Shown here piece after piece: positions 23,779 through 30,650 of a stretch of DNA of 32,000 bases (the stretch's first letter is position 1; each line of letters opens with the position of its first letter). The position numbers and the translations under genes are program-made. Origin of the DNA: Opitutales bacterium (lineage in GTDB: Bacteria; Verrucomicrobiota; Verrucomicrobiia; Opitutales; PNEW01); the NCBI GenBank assembly GCA_965219535.1, contig CBDCNV010000002.1, positions 660,001 to 692,000 of the forward strand, given 5' to 3'. Under the pieces are notes generated by a model that was not told the origin of the DNA, did no database searches, and saw nothing but the letters and a program-made list of their open reading frames with translations.

Positions 23779-25155
23779 CGGTATAGGTTCAAGACATTCT
23801 TTACACAAAAGGTTCAGGACATCCTTTACAGATTGCCAAAGAAAGAAGGATGCTAAGTAAGGGGTATGATGTCATGGAAGGAAACAAATAAAATGGACCA
23901 AAGATACCAATTCGCCCTGGAATCGATGCAACCGGGAGTAAAGATGAACGAGCTGTGTGAAGACTACGGGATCAGCCGACCGACAGGGTATAAATGGAAG
24001 AAGCGCTTCCTGAGCGAAGGGATGGAGGGGTTGCACGAGCGCTCACGCCGACCGCATGGAAGTGTTCAGGAACTATCCGAATCAGTAGTATGTACGCTGA
24101 TCAAACTCAAGCATCATCACCCGACGTGGGGCCCCTACAAGATCCGCGAGCTTTACCAGAGGCGTTACGGGAAGGCCCCCTCAGACTCGAGCGTGAAACG
24201 GGTCTTGGAACGTGCGGGACTGGTGCAAAAGCGTCGGCGCAGAAGCGCTCAAAAAAGCGGACGCCTTTACCGCAGCGTCAAGGCCAGTGGCTGTAACGAA
24301 GTGTGGAGCGTAGACTTCAAAGGGTGGTGGCACACCGTTGATGGCAACCGTTGTGAACCTTTGACGGTACGGGATGAATGGAGCCGCTATGTATTAGAGG
24401 TGCGGGTGCTCAGTTCAGCCCGTAGCGAAGCGGTGCGTGAATGCTTCACAAAACTCTTTGAACGCTATGGACTTCCCGCTTGCATCCGCAGCGACAACGG
24501 CAGTCCCTTTGCCAGTGCCAATGCGGTCCTGGGCCTGAGCAAACTGGCGGCCTGGTGGCTGGCCTTAGGGATCAATCTCGAGCGTGGACGTCCGGGTAAA
24601 CCCCAGGATAACGGTGCCCATGAGCGTCTCCATCGCGATATCAAAGAGGAGTTGCAAAAACATGCCCAGGACGATCTTCGCACCCAACAGGTGGCCTTCG
24701 ATCTGTGGCGCAAGACCTTCAATGAAGAACGCCCCCATGCGGCTCTTGCCATGAGCACGCCCTCTGAAATCTATCAGCACAGCTCTCATCCTTACGGTGG
24801 CACTCCTGCCGATATCAGCTATGATTTGATGACTCGCCGGGTCTCAAAAAGCGGGTCTATCAAACTCGATGGCTTCCAGATTCCTATCTCCACCGCCCTC
24901 GCCGGTTGGAGCGTTGGACTAAAACCACTAGACACGGTACACTTCGATGTTTACTTTGCCACTCTCAGAATCGGTCAGATTGACCTTTCAACGGCTGCTT
25001 TCATTGGGGCCGCTTGCGGCCCCAACAATGCCAGCCAAACCTCTAAAACCGCATAACATTAACTTAACTATATAACCCGATTACCGTTCAGCATCCCTCA
25101 CAAAGTGTAAACCATGTCTTGATCTAAATCTGTAAACCATGTCCTGGTTGTACCG
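23779..25155 (+). mobile_element. IS481-family-like insertion sequence, copy 1 (1377 bp)
   Basis: Imperfect terminal inverted repeats: CGGTATAGGTTCAAGACAT... on the left, and ...ATGTCCTGGTTGTACCG on the right. Each end carries two copies of a GACAT-NN-TTTACA motif. It has a single 396-aa DDE transposase and appears identical by eye to the copy at 29136..30512. Confidence 0.75.
23866..25056 (+). CDS. IS481-family-like DDE transposase (HTH + rve core)
   Basis: 396 aa. N-terminal HTH (ELCEDYGISRPTGYKWKKRF...GLHERSRRPH) and a DDE core (WSVDFKG ... IRSDNGSPF ... KPQDNGAHERLHRDIKEE). Confidence 0.8.
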   Translation: MMSWKETNKMDQRYQFALESMQPGVKMNELCEDYGISRPTGYKWKKRFLSEGMEGLHERSRRPHGSVQELSESVVCTLIKLKHHHPTWGPYKIRELYQRRYGKAPSDSSVKRVLERAGLVQKRRRRSAQKSGRLYRSVKASGCNEVWSVDFKGWWHTVDGNRCEPLTVRDEWSRYVLEVRVLSSARSEAVRECFTKLFERYGLPACIRSDNGSPFASANAVLGLSKLAAWWLALGINLERGRPGKPQDNGAHERLHRDIKEELQKHAQDDLRTQQVAFDLWRKTFNEERPHAALAMSTPSEIYQHSSHPYGGTPADISYDLMTRRVSKSGSIKLDGFQIPISTALAGWSVGLKPLDTVHFDVYFATLRIGQIDLSTAAFIGAACGPNNASQTSKTA

Positions 25156-25211
25156 TCAATTACCTAAAACCTAACACTTAACACCTAAAACGCGCATCAG
25201 CGCTCCCCCCC

Positions 25212-25243
25212 TTTTTGACCTTTTGACTTTTTGACCTTTTGAC
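25212..25243. repeat. 4 x 8-bp tandem repeat TTTTGAC(C/T)
   Basis: TTTTTGACC TTTTGACT TTTTGACC TTTTGAC lies just 3' of the NHL gene stop. It is bracketed by a direct repeat AGCGCTCCCC (about 25198-25207 and 25251-25260). Confidence 0.7.
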
Positions 25244-25248
25244 GCGCT

Positions 25249-26580
25249 TTAGCGCTCCCCTTGCATAAAAGTCTCCACGCCGGCTTCATCTTCACCGTTG
25301 AAGATGCAATAGACTATGCCCTCATCATCGACGACAACTTCGGATTCGGTGTGATCTTTTTCGGTATAGGACCATCCACAAATGAAGTCGCCGTTGTTAT
25401 TATATTTCATGATACTGTAGTAACCCTCTTCGCCTCGCTGAATAGCACCGTCGTAACCACCCTGGTTCCGCACCGAGAGGTAAGCGTTCCCCCATTTGTC
25501 ACCGGAAACACTGTGGAAATAGCTCGGCCCGTCCGGGGGGTCGCCATGGGCAAATGCGAACACAAATTCACCGTATCTATTAAATTTCTGGGTGGGCCCA
25601 TAGTAGCCGGAGACTATGACATCATCACTCCGGTCTACATATAAACCGTGAGATGCGTTGAACTCACCAGGCAGCAATCCTTCCGTGCCCCAGTCGCGCA
25701 AAGACGCACCGTGCTGGTCGTAGACGTTGACCCGCATATTATCCACGTCCACGACATAGAGATTGCGCGCTGAATCGTGATCCATGCCGTGAGCGCGAAG
25801 GAGCATACCGGGCAGGCGCCCTTTCTCGGCGAAAATCTGTAGAAACTCACCTTCGTGGGTAAATACTTGGAGTCTTGGCCTGTCCCCCTTACTGTCGGAA
25901 ACAAAAATGCGCCCTTCTACATCACTGGTCACTTCTCGCGGGCTGCTGATTTCACCCGGAAGGCGCCCAACCCCCTTACCTATCTGGTCGATAAATTTTC
26001 CTTTCCGCGAGTAACGGTGTACCTTGGAATTACCCATATCCGCAATCAGGATATTGCCGTCTATGTCCATCCCGATTCCGTGGGGTGTGGAAAGATGAGA
26101 CCCTTTTTTATCCCGTTTCTCCGACCAGGAATGAATCGACTTATACCTGATCGGCGCATCACCAATAATTACCGTAGCGAAGAGATATTTATTCGCGGCG
26201 GAAGCAACGTATGCCCCAATATGAATTTCACGGGGGGACGGCATTACGTCAGGCGCGGTGTATACGCCCTGCTCATCGATCGTACCTATCGTGGCATTGC
26301 CGCCGGGCAGATCATTGACCGACCACTTTACTGATTCCGGCACGGTCGCCGCCATCAAGCGGGCGGCCACAATTACCGACCTGAATTTTTGTTGTTCGCC
26401 CGGATCAAGATGTACCAGCGTGGGACTGATCGTAGCCCGCCGATAGCGAATGTCCGTGTGATTGAGAGCACTCTCTCCAACTGAATCAGTATAGGGCCCA
26501 TCACTGTAGGCGCTGCCGCCTGATAACAATAAGAGGGTGAAAATAAGCGCACCCAAACGCGTAAATTTTTTTGTATGCAT
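25249..26580 (-). CDS. secreted NHL-repeat beta-propeller protein with N-terminal Ig-like (Big_2-type) domain
   Basis: 443 aa. Signal peptide MHTKKFTRLGALIFTLLLLSGGSAYS. Ig-like segment ISPTLVHLDPGEQQKF...VKWSVND...IDEQGVYTAP. Repeated NHL-type blades (PHGIGMDIDGNILIADMGNSKVHRY, PREVTSDVEGRIFVSDS, AHGMDHDSARNLYVVDVDNMRVNVY, SHGLYVDRSDDVIVSG). Confidence 0.75.
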   Translation of the reverse strand: MHTKKFTRLGALIFTLLLLSGGSAYSDGPYTDSVGESALNHTDIRYRRATISPTLVHLDPGEQQKFRSVIVAARLMAATVPESVKWSVNDLPGGNATIGTIDEQGVYTAPDVMPSPREIHIGAYVASAANKYLFATVIIGDAPIRYKSIHSWSEKRDKKGSHLSTPHGIGMDIDGNILIADMGNSKVHRYSRKGKFIDQIGKGVGRLPGEISSPREVTSDVEGRIFVSDSKGDRPRLQVFTHEGEFLQIFAEKGRLPGMLLRAHGMDHDSARNLYVVDVDNMRVNVYDQHGASLRDWGTEGLLPGEFNASHGLYVDRSDDVIVSGYYGPTQKFNRYGEFVFAFAHGDPPDGPSYFHSVSGDKWGNAYLSVRNQGGYDGAIQRGEEGYYSIMKYNNNGDFICGWSYTEKDHTESEVVVDDEGIVYCIFNGEDEAGVETFMQGER

Positions 26581-26650
26581 GATGAATACTCGAAAGACCC
26601 AAGGAGAGTTGTCAATGTTGGAAAGCGCTGACGCGCGTGTTAAGTTTTAG

Positions 26651-26741
26651 GGTGGAGCGGGCTGTCCCTAGCACGCTTCTTTGCTTGTACCCTTTTTTAC
26701 TCTTGGACATTCTAAACGCGGTAGGGACACCGCGTTCCACC
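26651..26741. repeat. REP-like palindromic intergenic element (intact copy)
   Basis: The 5' arm is GGTGGAGCGGGCTGTCCCTAGCAC and the 3' arm is GCGGTAGGGACACCGCGTTCCACC. The outer arms are reverse-complementary. It is preceded by GTTAAGTTTTAGG, as at the other copies. It lies in the divergent intergenic region between the NHL gene and the surface-protein gene. Confidence 0.65.
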
Positions 26742-26766
26742 AAAAACATTAACAGAGCTACTATAT

Positions 26767-26800
26767 TTTACTGTTTACTGTTTACTGTTCACTGTTTACT
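26767..26800. repeat. about 5 x 7-bp tandem repeat TTTACTG
   Basis: TTTACTG TTTACTG TTTACTG TTCACTG TTTACT lies 59 nt upstream of the ATG at 26859. Confidence 0.75.
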
Positions 26801-26858
26801 AAATTTCCCTGCCGTTGTATTTCATTCACTTACATTTAAAGCCCTTAAAACACTCACC

Positions 26859-29087
26859 ATGCTATTAAAAAAATCGCTCGCCTTCTTCATCCTCTCATTT
26901 TTATCGCCCGTTCTTCTTATCGCACTGCCGCAAGATCTGGAAATCTTCACTGATTTTGAAAATGTCAGCGGCGAAGGGACGATCTTCATCGGCGAGGAGC
27001 CAAATGTGGTTACGTTGATCGGTTTTGCGGTGGAAACTTTAGAGGATCCGGCGCAATTACATTCGGGAACAAAGGCGCTGACCCTGGGCCCCGGACAAGA
27101 GGGGAGAATCATTTCCAACAGAGGTCTGCAATTTATTGAATTTTATGCGGGCGAATCGACCGGCGCGGGAAAATTTGAGATAAGAGGAGAAGTGAATACC
27201 GCTCAACAGGGAGGCCAAGCGGACACAAGTGTTATTACTATCATCGCCGAGGATGGTGTTGTTGAAGGATTACCTTCAAATATCAGCCCGGGCGCCAATC
27301 CACCCTTATACAGCTATGTCGCACATACCAATAGTTTTTTTGATGATGAAGATTTAAATTTCCTAACTGGAATAAAGGAAGTTAAGTTTCTAAATGTTAC
27401 GGGAAAACTCGTGATCGATGACTTGGGGTTCACTCTGACCGATTTTCCCTCAAATAATACGGTCTACGAAAGTTTTGATTCATTTGGTCCGGGTGCAGGA
27501 CAGTCAGAAGCATTGGTCATTGGAACGCCACCCAATACTGCGACTTTGGAAGGAGGACTTATTTTAGTTGAATTTTCAGATGGTCTCCAGTACACGCGCT
27601 CCTCTCCTACTTCATATGGATTATTTAATGGTGAGGAAGCAACGATCACTTTTGAAACCCCAGCTTATGAAATTGATACATTCGCCTCTCAGAGTACTGC
27701 ACCTAAAGAAGGCATCAATCCAGATGGCTTTATCGACGTCTATGATACAAACGACAACTTACTAATTACGATTGATACTTTAGAAGGCGATATATCAGCC
27801 ACATTCAAACCCGGTTTTATAACGATTAACGCAGTTGAATTAGGAGCTCCAGGGGGCATTGGCAGAATTGTCTTGAGAGATCATCCGACTGTTAATCCGG
27901 ATGGTCATACAGCGATCGACGATTTTGGTTATACACCGATAGGAGCACCGGGAACCGGATCCGACGGTCCCCCACCTGCTACCGCTCCATCTATCACGAC
28001 GCAACCGGCAAGTCAGGAAATCGAATCGAGCGCATCGGCGAGCTTGTCCGTCACCGCCAGTGGTGACGACCTAACTTACCAGTGGTATACCGGCAACAGC
28101 GGTGACACCGCTAGTCCCGTCGCCGGCGCGATCGCCGGGACCTTAGACACGGGCGCTCTCACCGCGAGCACAAGCTTCTGGGTACAGATTACTAACGCCG
28201 GCGGCAGCGCTGACAGTGATACGGCCGTGATCACGGTAGCTGCACCAGCTGTCCCCCTCGTCCTCGACGGCTCGGGCGATATCGCAGGTGAAAATATTCA
28301 GCATGCCAACGGTAATGTCTTCGACCAGATTTTACTCACTGGAGAGTCCGTCCAACTCCAGGCCAAACCGGGACAGATCACCCGCGTTTCATTCATGGAT
28401 GAAACCGAGGACATCGTACAGGTAGAATTTTCAGGTGTTGGGACCTTTACCGTAACCCTGGATTCGGCCACCTTCCTCCCCCCGGCAACCCCACCACGTT
28501 ACAACCAGGCCGTTGAGTACGTGACGGGCAAACCGAGTGTAGTCATCGACGGAGCGGACGCCAATACCTTCTTCAGTATCTTCACCGTGGGTAGGATCAA
28601 CGCGTTTAACCAGGCCCTCTTCCCCGAGGGACAGGTTTATGATGCACAGGCTGATGTTACGTTAGTTGAGATTGTAAATTCCACGGGCATGGGCGGCATA
28701 CAACTGTCGAACACGGCGTTCAGTGGAAGTACCGGCAAGACCGGTATCGACGCGCGTGGAGTACCGATCGGTGTACGCTTAACGATTGGCGATATCGATG
28801 CCAGTGGCGACGCGGTACCGCACATACTGTTTGGCTCAGGCTCCTTCACGGTACCCGCGGGCAACCCCGGGTTACGGATCACGGGTGGCGACCTCTTGCA
28901 GACAAACGGTGCCGCGGTTGTAGTTGCGGAGAGTGGATCGACAACAACGGGATTCGATACCTTGATCACACAGAACAATTTTAAATCTGACAACACCCCA
29001 CAGCCGACACTGAGCATCGACGCCACCTTCGCCAACGAAGACGGCGACGCGATCGAGGTTGCGACCGAAGAGATCACTATAGAGTGA
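26859..29087 (+). CDS. secreted Ig-like-domain surface protein (variable N-terminal modules + conserved C-terminal module)
   Basis: The start is reassigned to ATG 26859 (MLLKKSLAFFILSFLSPVLLIALPQD is a signal peptide). The track's GTG 26637 start would read through the REP element and the 7-mer repeat. Two N-terminal modules each end in IDD(L/F)G(F/Y)T. They are followed by a PPPATAPS linker, an Ig-like domain (ITTQPASQ...LTYQWYTGNSGDT...AVITV) and a ~290-aa C-terminal region shared with 30651..32000. Confidence 0.75.
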   Translation: MLLKKSLAFFILSFLSPVLLIALPQDLEIFTDFENVSGEGTIFIGEEPNVVTLIGFAVETLEDPAQLHSGTKALTLGPGQEGRIISNRGLQFIEFYAGESTGAGKFEIRGEVNTAQQGGQADTSVITIIAEDGVVEGLPSNISPGANPPLYSYVAHTNSFFDDEDLNFLTGIKEVKFLNVTGKLVIDDLGFTLTDFPSNNTVYESFDSFGPGAGQSEALVIGTPPNTATLEGGLILVEFSDGLQYTRSSPTSYGLFNGEEATITFETPAYEIDTFASQSTAPKEGINPDGFIDVYDTNDNLLITIDTLEGDISATFKPGFITINAVELGAPGGIGRIVLRDHPTVNPDGHTAIDDFGYTPIGAPGTGSDGPPPATAPSITTQPASQEIESSASASLSVTASGDDLTYQWYTGNSGDTASPVAGAIAGTLDTGALTASTSFWVQITNAGGSADSDTAVITVAAPAVPLVLDGSGDIAGENIQHANGNVFDQILLTGESVQLQAKPGQITRVSFMDETEDIVQVEFSGVGTFTVTLDSATFLPPATPPRYNQAVEYVTGKPSVVIDGADANTFFSIFTVGRINAFNQALFPEGQVYDAQADVTLVEIVNSTGMGGIQLSNTAFSGSTGKTGIDARGVPIGVRLTIGDIDASGDAVPHILFGSGSFTVPAGNPGLRITGGDLLQTNGAAVVVAESGSTTTGFDTLITQNNFKSDNTPQPTLSIDATFANEDGDAIEVATEEITIE

Positions 29088-29120
29088 TCTCTTCGAGAAG
29101 TGTTAGGTTTTAGGTATTAA

Positions 29121-29135
29121 GGTGGAGCGGGCTGT
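29121..29135. repeat. REP-like element, left arm (split by IS copy 2)
   Basis: GGTGGAGCGGGCTGT is identical to the first 15 nt of the intact element at 26651. The IS terminus follows immediately. Confidence 0.55.
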
Positions 29136-30512
29136 CGGTACAACCAGGACATGGTTTACAGATTTAGATCAAGACATGGTTTACACTTTGTGAGGGATGC
29201 TGAACGGTAATCGGGTTATATAGTTAAGTTAATGTTATGCGGTTTTAGAGGTTTGGCTGGCATTGTTGGGGCCGCAAGCGGCCCCAATGAAAGCAGCCGT
29301 TGAAAGGTCAATCTGACCGATTCTGAGAGTGGCAAAGTAAACATCGAAGTGTACCGTGTCTAGTGGTTTTAGTCCAACGCTCCAACCGGCGAGGGCGGTG
29401 GAGATAGGAATCTGGAAGCCATCGAGTTTGATAGACCCGCTTTTTGAGACCCGGCGAGTCATCAAATCATAGCTGATATCGGCAGGAGTGCCACCGTAAG
29501 GATGAGAGCTGTGCTGATAGATTTCAGAGGGCGTGCTCATGGCAAGAGCCGCATGGGGGCGTTCTTCATTGAAGGTCTTGCGCCACAGATCGAAGGCCAC
29601 CTGTTGGGTGCGAAGATCGTCCTGGGCATGTTTTTGCAACTCCTCTTTGATATCGCGATGGAGACGCTCATGGGCACCGTTATCCTGGGGTTTACCCGGA
29701 CGTCCACGCTCGAGATTGATCCCTAAGGCCAGCCACCAGGCCGCCAGTTTGCTCAGGCCCAGGACCGCATTGGCACTGGCAAAGGGACTGCCGTTGTCGC
29801 TGCGGATGCAAGCGGGAAGTCCATAGCGTTCAAAGAGTTTTGTGAAGCATTCACGCACCGCTTCGCTACGGGCTGAACTGAGCACCCGCACCTCTAATAC
29901 ATAGCGGCTCCATTCATCCCGTACCGTCAAAGGTTCACAACGGTTGCCATCAACGGTGTGCCACCACCCTTTGAAGTCTACGCTCCACACTTCGTTACAG
30001 CCACTGGCCTTGACGCTGCGGTAAAGGCGTCCGCTTTTTTGAGCGCTTCTGCGCCGACGCTTTTGCACCAGTCCCGCACGTTCCAAGACCCGTTTCACGC
30101 TCGAGTCTGAGGGGGCCTTCCCGTAACGCCTCTGGTAAAGCTCGCGGATCTTGTAGGGGCCCCACGTCGGGTGATGATGCTTGAGTTTGATCAGCGTACA
30201 TACTACTGATTCGGATAGTTCCTGAACACTTCCATGCGGTCGGCGTGAGCGCTCGTGCAACCCCTCCATCCCTTCGCTCAGGAAGCGCTTCTTCCATTTA
30301 TACCCTGTCGGTCGGCTGATCCCGTAGTCTTCACACAGCTCGTTCATCTTTACTCCCGGTTGCATCGATTCCAGGGCGAATTGGTATCTTTGGTCCATTT
30401 TATTTGTTTCCTTCCATGACATCATACCCCTTACTTAGCATCCTTCTTTCTTTGGCAATCTGTAAAGGATGTCCTGAACCTTTTGTGTAAAGAATGTCTT
30501 GAACCTATACCG
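29136..30512 (-). mobile_element. IS481-family-like insertion sequence, copy 2 (inverted relative to copy 1)
   Basis: It has the same termini, the same 396-aa translation and the same shadow ORFs as copy 1. It is inserted inside a REP-like element between ...GGGCTGT and CCCAGCACGCTTCTT... Confidence 0.75.
29235..30425 (-). CDS. IS481-family-like DDE transposase (identical to 23866..25056)
   Basis: The 396-aa translation is identical to copy 1. Confidence 0.8.
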   Translation of the reverse strand: MMSWKETNKMDQRYQFALESMQPGVKMNELCEDYGISRPTGYKWKKRFLSEGMEGLHERSRRPHGSVQELSESVVCTLIKLKHHHPTWGPYKIRELYQRRYGKAPSDSSVKRVLERAGLVQKRRRRSAQKSGRLYRSVKASGCNEVWSVDFKGWWHTVDGNRCEPLTVRDEWSRYVLEVRVLSSARSEAVRECFTKLFERYGLPACIRSDNGSPFASANAVLGLSKLAAWWLALGINLERGRPGKPQDNGAHERLHRDIKEELQKHAQDDLRTQQVAFDLWRKTFNEERPHAALAMSTPSEIYQHSSHPYGGTPADISYDLMTRRVSKSGSIKLDGFQIPISTALAGWSVGLKPLDTVHFDVYFATLRIGQIDLSTAAFIGAACGPNNASQTSKTA

Positions 30513-30611
30513 TCCCAGCACGCTTCTTCACTTACAACACTCTCTAACGCGCTAGGGAACAGCCGTCGCTGTGCAATGTTAGGCTATGGCCGTCAGGCAG
30601 CCCGTTCCACC
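30513..30611. repeat. REP-like element, right part (split by IS copy 2)
   Basis: It reads CCCAGCACGCTTCTTCAC...GCGCTAGGGAACAGCC...CAGCCCGTTCCACC. It continues the element begun at 29121 and ends in the arm complementary to GGTGGA(A/G)CGGGCTG. Confidence 0.55.
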
Positions 30612-30650
30612 TTATTGCTTAACACTTAAAACTTATCACTAGATCACACC

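Noticed and set aside
23994-24789. ORFs 23994..24296, 24465..24758 and 24565..24789, and their exact twins at 29502..30297.
   Set aside because: They overlap the DDE transposase frame and are duplicated only because the whole IS is duplicated. Their Arg/Pro/Ala-rich composition is typical of off-frame translation.
25261-26446. The + strand ORFs 25261..25644, 25855..26334 and 26258..26446, opposite the NHL gene.
   Set aside because: They are fully contained in the well-supported NHL-repeat gene on the other strand and have no motifs.
26637-26858. The 74-codon N-terminal extension of the surface protein from GTG 26637 given in the ORF track.
   Set aside because: It reads through the REP-like palindrome and the TTTACTG repeat. 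The ATG at 26859 is followed by a textbook signal peptide (MLLKKSLAFFILSFLSPVLLIALP).
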